From positions 43,721-107,720 of the forward strand of contig JAQVXD010000002.1 in the NCBI GenBank assembly GCA_028709385.1: DNA of 64,000 nucleotides, read 5' to 3'. Origin of the DNA: Fermentimonas sp. (GTDB lineage: Bacteria; Bacteroidota; Bacteroidia; Bacteroidales; Dysgonomonadaceae). Shown here piece by piece: positions 19,365 to 30,166 of the stretch; within the stretch, counting starts at the first letter, position 1; each line of letters starts with the position of its first letter. The notes below the pieces were generated by a model. The model was not told the origin of the DNA and did not search any database. It worked only from the letters and a program-made list of their open reading frames with translations. The translations under genes and the position numbers were made by a program.

Positions 19365-20675
19365 ATGCTATATAACTACGACTTTCGTTACTTTTTAGCA
19401 AAAATTCCTGTGAAATCGGCACTGAGGTTAAACTTCAGGAAGATGGTATTTATTGGAAGAAAAGAGAATGTTTCTAAAAACCGGCCGGTTATTTTTGCGC
19501 CTAACCATAGAAATGCATTACTTGACGCGTTGTTAATAGTATATGCAGGTTACCATACAAAACAGGTCGTTTTTCTTGCAAGAGCAGATATTTTCAAACA
19601 GAAGTTTGTAGCATGGATACTTCGCGGAATGCGTATTATTCCAGTATTCAGAATACGTGACGGGAAAGATAATCTCGATAAGAACAAAGATATATTTAAG
19701 AATGCTGCAAGGATTCTCAAAAAAAGAAACCCGATAGCCCTGTTCCCTGAGGGAAGACATAATCCAAAGCAGTCACTTTTGCCAATTCAAAAAGCAGCAC
19801 CTCGTATTGTTCTGCCAACCGAGGCTTCGGTCAACTTTGAACTAAACAGTCAGATTGTACCCGTTTCAATATACTACCGCGATATTTTCGGATTCCTTTC
19901 TGATGTATATATAACGTTCGGTACTCCTATTGAAGTTTCCAAATACAAGGAGTTATATGAAGAAAACCCCAGTCTTGCCGGGAATCAACTACGCCAGGAT
20001 CTTGAAAGAAGTTTAAAGTCGATGGTGGTAGACATTTGGAATGATGAGTTTTATGATGAATATAAATATGCAATCGACTGGAACGGAAACCGCATAGCAA
20101 AAGAAAAGTTTGCTGACAGGAAAGATGATTTCCTGCAAGCATCGCTGCTTATTGTGAGAAAATTAGATGATCTTTTCGAAAATAACCGGGATGAATTTGA
20201 TAAAAAGATTGCTGATTTCAGAGAAGCAGATAGAATACTCAAAGAGCATCATCTCAATTCAAAAGACCGCTTATGGAAACCAGCCACAAAAATTAATTTA
20301 ATTGCTCGTTTTGCAGGCCTGATACTAACAGCTCCAGTGATGCTTTTCGGTTTCCTGAATGCTATCTTCCCTCTGCTTATAAATAAGAAACTGCTAAGCC
20401 AGTTTAAAGATAATCAGTTTGTACCTTCGGTGAGATATGCATCAGGACTAATATTTATACCAATATTTGATCTTATACAGTCGCTTATTATAGGTGCAGT
20501 TAGCAAGGATTGGCTACTTGCACTTATCTATTTCTTTGTGATGCCGATTACATTTTACTTTGCCCTGTATTGGCGCAAATGGTGGAAAACAGCAAAAAGA
20601 GATGTAAAAGTTTATAAGTTCAAAAAGCAATTCAAACAAAAATGGGAACGTCTTGTACAGCTTATCAAACTTTGA
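19365..20675 (+). CDS. PlsC-like glycerolipid acyltransferase with C-terminal TM segments
   Basis: NHRNALLD (HxxxxD), FLAR, FPEG motifs. Confidence 0.85.
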   Translation: MLYNYDFRYFLAKIPVKSALRLNFRKMVFIGRKENVSKNRPVIFAPNHRNALLDALLIVYAGYHTKQVVFLARADIFKQKFVAWILRGMRIIPVFRIRDGKDNLDKNKDIFKNAARILKKRNPIALFPEGRHNPKQSLLPIQKAAPRIVLPTEASVNFELNSQIVPVSIYYRDIFGFLSDVYITFGTPIEVSKYKELYEENPSLAGNQLRQDLERSLKSMVVDIWNDEFYDEYKYAIDWNGNRIAKEKFADRKDDFLQASLLIVRKLDDLFENNRDEFDKKIADFREADRILKEHHLNSKDRLWKPATKINLIARFAGLILTAPVMLFGFLNAIFPLLINKKLLSQFKDNQFVPSVRYASGLIFIPIFDLIQSLIIGAVSKDWLLALIYFFVMPITFYFALYWRKWWKTAKRDVKVYKFKKQFKQKWERLVQLIKL

Positions 20676-20708
20676 CAGTCAAACAGTGATATTTATTTAA
20701 ACTCTCTA

Positions 20709-22961
20709 TTATCTCCTCTCTTTTAGATAATAGGTAATTTTATTTGCCTTAACCAGTTCCTCGTGACTAATTCGGAAGTTCCTGAAACGCTTGCCGTCAA
20801 TTTCAATTTTATCAATATAGACAGCATCATCAGTAGGACGAATTGTCTCGATTTCAATTGAATGACCGTTGTAGTGAAAGTCATCCAGATTTAAAGTAAC
20901 ACTGTCAAACACAGGAGCAGTAAATGTGTAAGAAGGATCAGTTGCATTATCAGGATAAAAACCCATCATTGTAAACACAGCCCAGGTGGACATAGTCCCT
21001 GTATCATCATTACCTGGCAGTCCGTCAGATGAATTCTTAAAATACTCTGCGAGCAGCTCCTGAGTCGTTTTTTGAGTGCGCCATTCCTCACCCTTAACGT
21101 AACTGAACAAGAAAGGGTAACCAATATTAGGCTCATTTGTGGGATCGTAGTGATCGTCGTCAAAAACCTCCTGAAGTTTATTTATAAACCTCCTCTTCCC
21201 TCCATGCATTTTTATTAATCCGTCGACATCATGCGGAACCATAAATGAGTAATTCCATGAACTGCCTTCATGAAATCCGGGTACCGCTTCAAAGTTCTCT
21301 CCCTGCTTTGGATTGAATGGAGATAAGAATTCACCGTTTGGAAGTATTGGTCTGAATACTCCATATTCAGGAGAGTAGTATCTCTTATAATTGAGTGATT
21401 GATTATAAAATCTTCTTGCATCATCCTCTTTCCCGAGAGCATTTGCAAACTTCGACAAAGCATTATCTGCAATATAATACTCAAGTGCATGTGACACGGA
21501 GTTGTCAAATTCGCCTACTAAGGGTATATAGCCCTTACTAATATAATCATCTATATCAGGACGTATGAAATTATCCTTACCCGGAGTGGTAGCCGATTTA
21601 TACATAGCTACGTATGCCGTTTCCACATCAAAATCGCGCAGCCCTTTCATCCAACTGTCCACAATCACAGGTATTGCGGGGTCGCCCTCCATAGTAAGCG
21701 TTTCTCTGCTATACAGCTCCCATCTTGGCAGCCACCCGCCCTCTTTGTACATATCAACCATTGAACGCACCATATCCAGCTGCTGTTCAGGATAAAGCAG
21801 TGTCAGTAATTGATGCACGTTTCTGTAAGTGTCCCAAAGTGAGAAAACTGTATATCGGTTAGCGTTGGTTTTTAATATATCGTCACCCTCCATTTCAGGA
21901 TACTCACCATTTACATCATTTAATATATTTGGGTGAATAAGAGCATGATAAAGTCCGGTATAAAAAACTGTCTGCTGATCGTCAGTACCGCCTTCCGCTA
22001 TTACTTTAGACAACGCATCATTCCATGCAACACGGGCACTTTCCTTTACTGTGTCAAAATTAAAGCCTCTCTGCTCCGTATCAAGATTCAAGCGTGCATT
22101 CTCAGTACTTACAAATGAAACACCAATCTGAACTTCAACAACCTCTTCCTCTTGAAGATCATAAGTAAAATAAGCTCCAATATCATCACCGGCAATATCT
22201 CTGCCATAACGGGTATATAACTTTCTTATTCCACTTGTTGAATCCCATTGAGCCTCGACACTCATTTCGCGCTGCATCTTCCAGTAGCCGGTTGATTCAG
22301 GTCTTTTGTTTACCCTCATCACAAAATAGATAGGAAATACTGCTTCAGGGTTGTAACAAAATGTACCAAGCAACTTCATTCCTTCAATTTCATTATCGCT
22401 CACCAGTCGCATCCATGCACCCGACTCATTAGTAAGTCCTTCACCCAAATTCAGGAGAATATTCCCCTTTCCTTCGGGGAAAGTGAATCGTGCTATACTG
22501 CTGCGGGTTGTAGCAGAAACCTCTGTTTTGATATTATATTTAGAAAGAATATTTGAGTAATAGCCCGGATAAGCAACTTCGTTGCTGTATTCACTTCCAT
22601 ACTCCTCATAGTTAACATTCAACTCCCCGGCTGTTGGCATCAGGAGCAGTGATCCCATTTCGGGACAACCTACTCCGCTTAGGTTTACATGAGAATAGCC
22701 TGTAAAAAACTTATTTACACTGGTATATGGAGTTGACCACCATTGTTTGTCCTTATCGAACCTGTTGAGGTCTGACCCCATTACATTAAACGGAGAGACC
22801 GACATCATTCCGTTTGGAAGAACAGGACCCGGATTGGTTGTCCCGTAATTTGATGTCCCTATAAACGGGTTAACTTTATCAACCGGTTCTTTTGCAAATA
22901 AAGCCAGATTTATAATAGTCCATGCTGTAAATGTTAATATCCAACTCCTGAAACAACTCAT
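20709..22961 (-). CDS. GH92 alpha-mannosidase
   Basis: VNPFIGT, HVNLSGVGCPE, FSLWDTYR, FHEGSSWNYSF, TNEP, LPGNDDTGTMSTW. Confidence 0.92.
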   Translation of the reverse strand: MSCFRSWILTFTAWTIINLALFAKEPVDKVNPFIGTSNYGTTNPGPVLPNGMMSVSPFNVMGSDLNRFDKDKQWWSTPYTSVNKFFTGYSHVNLSGVGCPEMGSLLLMPTAGELNVNYEEYGSEYSNEVAYPGYYSNILSKYNIKTEVSATTRSSIARFTFPEGKGNILLNLGEGLTNESGAWMRLVSDNEIEGMKLLGTFCYNPEAVFPIYFVMRVNKRPESTGYWKMQREMSVEAQWDSTSGIRKLYTRYGRDIAGDDIGAYFTYDLQEEEVVEVQIGVSFVSTENARLNLDTEQRGFNFDTVKESARVAWNDALSKVIAEGGTDDQQTVFYTGLYHALIHPNILNDVNGEYPEMEGDDILKTNANRYTVFSLWDTYRNVHQLLTLLYPEQQLDMVRSMVDMYKEGGWLPRWELYSRETLTMEGDPAIPVIVDSWMKGLRDFDVETAYVAMYKSATTPGKDNFIRPDIDDYISKGYIPLVGEFDNSVSHALEYYIADNALSKFANALGKEDDARRFYNQSLNYKRYYSPEYGVFRPILPNGEFLSPFNPKQGENFEAVPGFHEGSSWNYSFMVPHDVDGLIKMHGGKRRFINKLQEVFDDDHYDPTNEPNIGYPFLFSYVKGEEWRTQKTTQELLAEYFKNSSDGLPGNDDTGTMSTWAVFTMMGFYPDNATDPSYTFTAPVFDSVTLNLDDFHYNGHSIEIETIRPTDDAVYIDKIEIDGKRFRNFRISHEELVKANKITYYLKERR

Positions 22962-22994
22962 AATATATCCTTTCTTACAAATATTCTTTTATAC

Positions 22995-25619
22995 TTAAAA
23001 GACTTTATCTTCTAATTTCTTAATTACGGATTCTACTGCAGCACTCAATCCATCTGCATTTTTTCCGCCGGCCGTAGCAAAGTGCGGCTGTCCCCCTCCA
23101 CCTCCCTGAATCAGTTTAGCAGCTTCACGTACAATATTTCCTGCATGCAATCCTTCAGCAACAAGATCATCACTTAACATTACTGTCAGATTAGGCTTGC
23201 CATTTGCAGCTGTAGCACCCACAAAGAGCATCTTCCCTGGGAACTGACCTTTAATCTGAAATGCAATATCTTTTATAACTTCGGGTGAACCTACAGGAAG
23301 AATCAATTTAAAAACATCAACACCATTTATTTCGGTTTTCTTCTCAATAACTTTTTGCTTAACCTGCTCAGTTTTCTCCTTTATATAGCTTTGCAACTCT
23401 TTCTTCATCTCCTCGTTTTCTTCAATCAACCTATGAATTCCCTGCATAATATCCGGAACGTTATTAAGCATATTTTTGATATCCATAATTGCATCTTCCT
23501 TAGCATAAAGCCAATCCTCACACACTTTTGCAGTAACAGCCTCAATACGACGAACACCTGCAGAAATTGCACCTTCGCTGACAATTCTGAATGTGCCTAT
23601 TCGTCCTGTTGAAGAAATATGAGTGCCTCCGCATAACTCTATAGAAGTGCCAAATCTGACTGTGCGCACATCTTCGCCATACTTTTCACCAAACAGAGCC
23701 GTTGCACCTTGTGCTTTCGCCTCCTCAATCGGAACATGGCGATGCTCTTCAATAGAAAAGTTGCTCCTTATTTTCTCTGTTACTTTTCTCTCCACTTCGC
23801 GAATCTCCTCAGAAGTCATTTTCTGGAAATGTGAGAAGTCGAACCTTAACACCTCAGGTGAAACATATGATCCTTTCTGCTCAACATGGTTGCCCAAAAC
23901 CTCCCGCAGAGCCTCATGCATAAGGTGAGTTGCAGAGTGATTACACTCAGTGGCAGTTCTCTTTTCTGTGTCTATTTTAGCCGTCAAAGTACCTTCCAAG
24001 TCCTGAGGAAGCTTTTTAGTAAGATGAACAGCAAGATTATTCTCACGTTTTGTATCGAAAACTTCAATTTTTTCTCCTGATTCGGAAATCAGCCATCCAC
24101 TATCGCCAACCTGACCACCCATCTCGGCATAAAACGGGGAACGGGAAAGAACAATCTGATAGAATTCTGACTTCTTCTGCTTCACGGCACGATAACGAAG
24201 AATCTGAGTAGTGCTTTCAGTTTCATCATAACCGACAAACTCAGCTTCACCATCACGGACCTTTGTCCAGTCGCCCGTTTCCACAACTGCCGCATTACGA
24301 GCCCTGTCCTTCTGTTTCTGCATCTCAGCATTAAAGCCATCCACATCGGCTGTCATTCCGTGTTCACGCAAAATAAGCTCAGTTAAATCAAGAGGGAAAC
24401 CAAAAGTATCATATAGCTTAAAAGCAACTTCTCCACTCAGTACACCACCCTCTTTCTCAGGTAGGTTTCTTTCAAGTAACTTAATACCTGTCTCAAGAGT
24501 ACGTAGAAAAGACTCCTCCTCCTCTTTCATCACTTTTTCGATAAGACCCTGTTGTGCCTCAAGCTCAGGATATGCCTCACCCATCACTTCTATAAGAGTA
24601 GGAATAAGTCTGTACATAAACGGCTCATGCATATTAAGGAAAGTATATCCGTAACGAACAGCGCGACGTAAGATACGACGGATCACATAACCCGCTTTGG
24701 CATTGGAGGGAAGCTGACCATCCGTAATTGAAAAAGCAATAGTTCTTACATGATCAGCAATAACACGCATGGCAATATCAACTTTCTCGTCGACGCCATA
24801 CTCCTTACCGCTGACCTCACCAATTTTCTTTATAATTGTCTGAAACAGATCTGTATCGTAATTTGACTGAGTACCTTGTACTGCCATACAAAGTCTTTCG
24901 AAACCCATTCCGGTATCTATTACCTTTGCAGGAAGCGGCTCCAGTGAACCATCAGCCTTACGGTTATACTGCATAAATACAAGATTCCATATCTCAACAA
25001 CCTGTGGGTGATCTTGGTTGACTAATGTCACCCCGTCAACTTTCGCTCTATCGGCATCTGATCTTATATCTATATGAATCTCGGAACATGGGCCGCATGG
25101 ACCTGTATCACCCATCTCCCAGAAATTATCATCTTTACTTCCATTAATAATACGATCCTTAGGAAGATACTCTTCCCAATAAGTTGCAGCTTCATCATCG
25201 CGATCAAGATTCTCTTCCGGAGCACCCTCAAAAACGGTAGCGTAGAGTCTGTTCTTATCTAACTTTAAAACCTCCGTAAGATATTCCCAAGCCCATTCAA
25301 TAGCCTCTTTTTTGAAGTAATCACCAAAAGACCAGTTACCCAGCATCTCAAACATTGTGTGATGATATGTATCATGGCCAACTTCTTCAAGGTCGTTATG
25401 CTTACCGCTCACTCTCAGACACTTCTGCGAATCGGCCACACGCGGATATTTTATAGGTGAATTACCCAGAATAACATCTTTAAACTGGTTCATACCGGCA
25501 TTGGTAAACATCAGTGTTGGGTCATCCTTTATAACCATTGGTGCAGAAGGCACAATATGGTGCTCTTTCGACTGAAAAAAATCTTTAAACGATTGCCTAA
25601 TCTCTTTGGAGGTCATCAT
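22995..25619 (-). CDS. alaS: Alanine--tRNA ligase
   Basis: [38 protein letters not shown], editing NHSATH...ELCGGTH, C-terminal GGGGG. Confidence 0.98.
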   Translation of the reverse strand: MMTSKEIRQSFKDFFQSKEHHIVPSAPMVIKDDPTLMFTNAGMNQFKDVILGNSPIKYPRVADSQKCLRVSGKHNDLEEVGHDTYHHTMFEMLGNWSFGDYFKKEAIEWAWEYLTEVLKLDKNRLYATVFEGAPEENLDRDDEAATYWEEYLPKDRIINGSKDDNFWEMGDTGPCGPCSEIHIDIRSDADRAKVDGVTLVNQDHPQVVEIWNLVFMQYNRKADGSLEPLPAKVIDTGMGFERLCMAVQGTQSNYDTDLFQTIIKKIGEVSGKEYGVDEKVDIAMRVIADHVRTIAFSITDGQLPSNAKAGYVIRRILRRAVRYGYTFLNMHEPFMYRLIPTLIEVMGEAYPELEAQQGLIEKVMKEEEESFLRTLETGIKLLERNLPEKEGGVLSGEVAFKLYDTFGFPLDLTELILREHGMTADVDGFNAEMQKQKDRARNAAVVETGDWTKVRDGEAEFVGYDETESTTQILRYRAVKQKKSEFYQIVLSRSPFYAEMGGQVGDSGWLISESGEKIEVFDTKRENNLAVHLTKKLPQDLEGTLTAKIDTEKRTATECNHSATHLMHEALREVLGNHVEQKGSYVSPEVLRFDFSHFQKMTSEEIREVERKVTEKIRSNFSIEEHRHVPIEEAKAQGATALFGEKYGEDVRTVRFGTSIELCGGTHISSTGRIGTFRIVSEGAISAGVRRIEAVTAKVCEDWLYAKEDAIMDIKNMLNNVPDIMQGIHRLIEENEEMKKELQSYIKEKTEQVKQKVIEKKTEINGVDVFKLILPVGSPEVIKDIAFQIKGQFPGKMLFVGATAANGKPNLTVMLSDDLVAEGLHAGNIVREAAKLIQGGGGGQPHFATAGGKNADGLSAAVESVIKKLEDKVF

Positions 25620-25813
25620 AAACTATCAATTATTACTTAATAAAGCTTCGGGATAAGAGTATATTACCCTAAAACAGTGTACAAAAATACAGCAAAAACT
25701 TCTTATCCCCAAGTGAGTAGCAGAAAATGAAAAATATGAAATTGTACAAAGCAAAAATAGAGCTAACTTTGAGGGAAAATTCAGCAAAACTCAAATTTAA
25801 AGATGAGTATTTC

Positions 25814-26725
25814 ATGCCCCAAATAAACATAAATAAATGCCCCATCTGTGGCAGTTCAGAGACAGCAAAAGTATTTGATGCTGTTGATCATTTCTCTACA
25901 AAGGAAATCTTCCCGATTTGCGACTGCCTCAGTTGCGGTTTCCGTTTTACAAACAAATTCCCTTCAGAAGATGAGATAGGCAGATACTATGATTCACCCG
26001 ACTATATCTCTCACTCCGACTCGAAAAAAGGATTGATAAACCAACTTTATCATTTTTTTAGAAAGCGCATGCTGAAGAAAAAAGTGAATCTGGTTTCTAA
26101 AAGTGTGTCAGAGTCACAATCAATCCGCCTGCTTGACATAGGTTGTGGCACAGGTTACTTCCTTAATTCTGCAAAAGAAATAGGTCATAAAGTTTCAGGA
26201 ATCGAAAAAGATAATAAAGCAAGAGAATTCGCAGTCTTTAATTTTGGATTAGATGTAAAAAGTGAAGAGGAGTTATGGGAAATAGAAAACGAGTCTTTCG
26301 AGGTCATTACTCTCTGGCATGTTTTAGAGCATATGCAGAGCCTGAATGAGGTTGTCAGTAAGATCTATAACATTCTCTCACCCGACGGGATACTGATACT
26401 TGCACTGCCCAATCATCACTCCTATGATGCAAAAAAATATAAAGAATTTTGGGCAGCTTATGATGTACCGCGCCATCTTTGGCATTTTACACCCTATACT
26501 GTAGAAAAACTTCTAAGTAAGCATAAGTTTAAGATAGTAAAACAGAAAACTATGCCACTGGATGCTTTTTACATCTCTATGCTTAGCGAGAAGTATAAAG
26601 GCATTAGTAAATTAACTCAATATTTTAATGCAATTCTTTTTGGCAAAATAGGTTACCTGCATTCACTTTCAAATATCACCCAATCAAGCTCTGTCATTTA
26701 TATTGCAAAGAAAAGTCAAAAATAA
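25814..26725 (+). CDS. Class I SAM-dependent methyltransferase with N-terminal CxxC...CxxC zinc ribbon
   Basis: CPIC...CLSC, LLDIGCGTG, TLWHVLEH, YDVPRHLWHF. Start set at 25814 because TAACTTTG (25764-25771) lies inside the longer ORF. Confidence 0.85.
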   Translation: MPQININKCPICGSSETAKVFDAVDHFSTKEIFPICDCLSCGFRFTNKFPSEDEIGRYYDSPDYISHSDSKKGLINQLYHFFRKRMLKKKVNLVSKSVSESQSIRLLDIGCGTGYFLNSAKEIGHKVSGIEKDNKAREFAVFNFGLDVKSEEELWEIENESFEVITLWHVLEHMQSLNEVVSKIYNILSPDGILILALPNHHSYDAKKYKEFWAAYDVPRHLWHFTPYTVEKLLSKHKFKIVKQKTMPLDAFYISMLSEKYKGISKLTQYFNAILFGKIGYLHSLSNITQSSSVIYIAKKSQK

Positions 26726-27150
26726 AAGCTTGTTTTTTGTAGTCTTTACCATATTTATTCTTTTAATGATTGTTGTTTCTGAGTTAAAGAAAATCAACAA
26801 ACATTCTGCTGCTTATTATTATTAATCACTCAATTCCCAGAGTGTACTGCCAGATTAACAATGACTTATAATTTCATAGAATCTGTAATGTTTTGTAAGG
26901 TTTTTATAATTAACAGCACTTAAAATGTTTGTTATTGTGTTATATATTTGCGACAATATACATAAGTAGGCTCCATTATCGTTGCAGTTTACTGATCGGT
27001 GGTAGTTACATATAACAGACGTCATAATGTTAACAAAGTTGAATAAAAGATAGATTTATAAAACGTGGATGCACGTTATCATTTGTGTTTGGCGTAGTCT
27101 TGTTTATAGTGTCAAGTTAATTATCAAGATCATTTTAAAAATTATTGCTT

Positions 27151-28173
27151 ATGAAAAAAATTGTTCTGTTTTTCGCAGTTATTGCTATGTCGGCAATTAC
27201 TATCTCATTCTCTTCCTGTTCCAAAGACCTGAACCTTGTAGAGGAAGAAAGTGATAATGTATTGAGTCTTGTTGAGGAAGAAAGTGCTGTTGTAGTTAGT
27301 GGAGGTTTCAGGGCAATTGGAGTTCCACCATGTATAGACCTTTCATGCTTAGATCTCTGTGGTGAAGTACAGGAAGTTCGCCTAATGGCAGGACAACAGT
27401 ACGAAGCAGGTAAAGTTTACGTTGTCAATACCAGCGAAAAATTGTTTGTGGGTTATTTAACTACCGGAGATTGGAAAATGAGTGCAATCCATCTTTATGT
27501 GGGCGCTTGCGACATGTTACCTGTGAATAATGCAGGCAATCTTGTTCCCGGCAACTTCCCGCATAAAGTTGAATTTACCGAGTTACAATCCTTTTATTAT
27601 GTTGAAATCCCGCTTTCTGAACTACCCGAAGGTTGCGTATGTGTTGCAGCTCATGCAGAAGTAGTAAGAGTGGTTGACAACGAAATTGTACAAAGCGAAA
27701 CTGCCTTTGGAGAAGGTGATAAAGTGGGTAAAAACTGGTTTATGAAATTTGATTATTGCATTGCCGTTTGCGAAGATGAGCCGCCTGTAGAGGTATGCTA
27801 CCAAGACGAAACAGCTTGGGTTGCTGGCACAAGGTACGTAACAAAAGGAAATTGGGCAACCTATACTCCTTATGTTGCCAATACTACCGTTGATATTTTT
27901 GCAGGTCAGAATTACCTGGTGGGAACAGCAACTTTTTCTGAAGTGGTGGATGGTAAAGTAACCATTACTCTCGCCGCACTCAACGGAGCCCGGTTACAGG
28001 ATGTTGCCGAGTCAGTAAAAATTCAAGGGTACAATGCGACACCTCCAAGCAAAAACCCGGCACCCGGCAAGTTTACTACTTATAAGGGTACTGAAACAAC
28101 TGTAACAGTTGATGCATTCGCATTTTACGGAATTCATTTAGATGTTCAACGTGTAATAGATTGCCCTGAATAA
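27151..28173 (+). CDS. Hypothetical Cys-rich lipoprotein with an internally duplicated unknown domain
   Basis: SpII signal ending FSSC. Two units: MAGQQYEAG...VPGNFP...CVAAHAEV and FAGQNYLVG...APGKFT...YGIHLDV; ETAF/ETAW motif twice. Confidence 0.75.
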   Translation: MKKIVLFFAVIAMSAITISFSSCSKDLNLVEEESDNVLSLVEEESAVVVSGGFRAIGVPPCIDLSCLDLCGEVQEVRLMAGQQYEAGKVYVVNTSEKLFVGYLTTGDWKMSAIHLYVGACDMLPVNNAGNLVPGNFPHKVEFTELQSFYYVEIPLSELPEGCVCVAAHAEVVRVVDNEIVQSETAFGEGDKVGKNWFMKFDYCIAVCEDEPPVEVCYQDETAWVAGTRYVTKGNWATYTPYVANTTVDIFAGQNYLVGTATFSEVVDGKVTITLAALNGARLQDVAESVKIQGYNATPPSKNPAPGKFTTYKGTETTVTVDAFAFYGIHLDVQRVIDCPE

Positions 28174-28185
28174 CGGCATAAAAAG

Positions 28186-28217
28186 CAAAAAAGGCGGATC
28201 GGTTCCGCCTTTTTTTG
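28186..28217 (+). terminator. Rho-independent terminator (bidirectional type)
   Basis: caaaaaaggcgga-tcggt-tccgcctttttttg. Confidence 0.85.
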
Positions 28218-28361
28218 TTTCAGTAATAAAAAATTTTTAACCCATTCTCATCAATATTTTAATTGAGTAAATTTATTTAAAGTAAATGGAAAACATTTGT
28301 TGATTCTTTTATAAAACTGTATTTTTGAAAGTTTACAATTAATTACTAACTGCCGGAAACT

Positions 28362-28760
28362 ATGGGCAAAAGAAAAAAACCAATACAGTTTAACGATAAG
28401 AGACTATACTACTCTATCCAGGAGGTGGCGGACCATTTCGCGGTAAATGTCTCTTTACTTCGTTTCTGGGAGAAGGAGTTTGAAAACATCAGACCTAAAA
28501 AGACTGCCGGAGGCACTCGTCAGTTTACCCGTGAAGATATACAGCAGGTTGAGATTGTTTATCATCTTGTTAAAGAGAAAGGAATGACTCTTGAAGGAGC
28601 GCGACAGTCGCTCAAAACAAAGAAGGATGATGAAACAAAACGTGTTGAAGTGCTTGCCAGGCTTACTGACATTAAGAAGGAGCTGCTGATGCTTGAAGAA
28701 GAATTTGATAAATTACACGAAAAACAAAAATACAACAAAACAATAAAAACTGAAGAATAA
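28362..28760 (+). CDS. MerR-family HTH regulator (short Bacteroidetes type)
   Basis: YYSIQEVADHFAVNVSLLRFWEKEF...GTRQFT...GMTLEGA. Confidence 0.88.
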   Translation: MGKRKKPIQFNDKRLYYSIQEVADHFAVNVSLLRFWEKEFENIRPKKTAGGTRQFTREDIQQVEIVYHLVKEKGMTLEGARQSLKTKKDDETKRVEVLARLTDIKKELLMLEEEFDKLHEKQKYNKTIKTEE

Positions 28761-29998
28761 TGAAAAAACGCTGTGTTAAATTACTCTTAATCTCACTTGT
28801 CCTGATTATTTTACCCACTATTTCATGCTCTCAAAATAAATCCCAAAAGGATGCACAAAGCAACTCTCAACAAATAATGGGTGAAGCTGCTGAAAATAGA
28901 GTGATAATGGGAGCTGAAAGAACAGATTTATATTTCCCTTTGATAGAAGGTAAACGGATAGCTGTAATGAGTAACCAGACAGGCATGGTTGGTGAAGAGC
29001 ATCTGGTTGACATGCTAATTCGGGAAGATTATAATGTAGTTGGCATCTTTTCTCCTGAACATGGTTTCCGGGGCACGGCAGATGCGGGAGAGCATGTTGC
29101 AAGTTCTATTAATGAAAAAACCGGGACTCCCATCTGGTCCCTTTACGGAAGCGGTGGGGGAAAACCTTCTGCCGAGAATATGAACGAGTTTGATGTTCTG
29201 ATTTTCGATCTGCAGGATGTGGGACTCAGATTCTACACATACTACGCGAGTATGGCACGACTAATGGATGCTTGTTCAGAACACAACAAGAAAATGATTG
29301 TACTTGACAGACCAAATCCAAACGGTATGTATGTGGACGGACCGATTCTGGATATGAAGCACAAATCGGGTGTAGGCTGGCTTCCAATACCTGTTGTTCA
29401 CGGCATGACACTTGGGGAATTAGCAATAATGATCAATGGAGAAAAATGGCTCCCTGATGGCCGGCAGTGCGATCTGACTGTTGTCACTATGGAAAATTAT
29501 ACTCATCAGACGCTGTATGAATTACCAATATTCCCCTCGCCCAACTTGCCCAACATACATTCAATTTATCTTTACCCTTCAACTTGCCTTTTTGAGGGTA
29601 CTGTAATGAGTCTGGGCCGAGGCACCTCTTTCCCTTTCGAAGTATACGGGCACCCTGATTATAAAGGCTCTGCCTTTTCATTCACCCCTCGAAGTGTTCC
29701 GGGCGCAAAGAATCCCCCGCTGCTTGATAAACTGTGCTATGGCGTTGATCTTCGAAATATTCCCGATGAAGAAATTATAGATAAAGAATTCGATCTCTCC
29801 TACGTAATTGATGCATATAAAAATCTTGGAATAGGCGATAAATTTTTCACACCCTTCTTCGAAAAACTTGTCGGTGTTGACTATATCCGTCAGGATATCA
29901 TGGCTGGCAAATCAGCTGATGAAATAAAGGCCAAATGGAGTGATGATGTTGAAAAATTTAAATTACAAAGGAAACCCTATTTATTGTATGAAGAATAA
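28760..29998 (+). CDS. Exo-beta-N-acetylmuramidase NamZ family (DUF1343) lipoprotein
   Basis: Lipobox ISC; FSPEHGFRG, FDLQDVGLRFYTY, LDRPNP, HGMTLGELA, PSPNLP. Confidence 0.88.
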   Translation: MKKRCVKLLLISLVLIILPTISCSQNKSQKDAQSNSQQIMGEAAENRVIMGAERTDLYFPLIEGKRIAVMSNQTGMVGEEHLVDMLIREDYNVVGIFSPEHGFRGTADAGEHVASSINEKTGTPIWSLYGSGGGKPSAENMNEFDVLIFDLQDVGLRFYTYYASMARLMDACSEHNKKMIVLDRPNPNGMYVDGPILDMKHKSGVGWLPIPVVHGMTLGELAIMINGEKWLPDGRQCDLTVVTMENYTHQTLYELPIFPSPNLPNIHSIYLYPSTCLFEGTVMSLGRGTSFPFEVYGHPDYKGSAFSFTPRSVPGAKNPPLLDKLCYGVDLRNIPDEEIIDKEFDLSYVIDAYKNLGIGDKFFTPFFEKLVGVDYIRQDIMAGKSADEIKAKWSDDVEKFKLQRKPYLLYEE

Positions 29999-30021
29999 AT
30001 ATTACTGAGTTTAACTCGTGT

Positions 30022-30068
30022 AAAAAAAAGGGTGCTGCTATCAAAGTATAGTCAGCACCCATTTTTTT
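30022..30068 (+). terminator. Rho-independent terminator
   Basis: gggtgctg (30030-30037) and cagcaccc (30053-30060), flanked by an A-run and a T-run. Confidence 0.75.
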
Positions 30069-30116
30069 CTCTTGTTTGCAGGAAAATCAAATATAACTCA
30101 TTCAAAGATCACATAT

Positions 30117-30166
30117 AGATCGCTTATACATACCTTATATACAGATAAGCTATGTATAAGCGATCT
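30117..30166. repeat. REP-like intergenic palindrome built from GCTTATACATA-type units
   Basis: agatcgcttatacata (30117-30132) and tatgtataagcgatct (30151-30166) form perfect 16-bp arms, with inner cttat/ataag. Confidence 0.7.
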
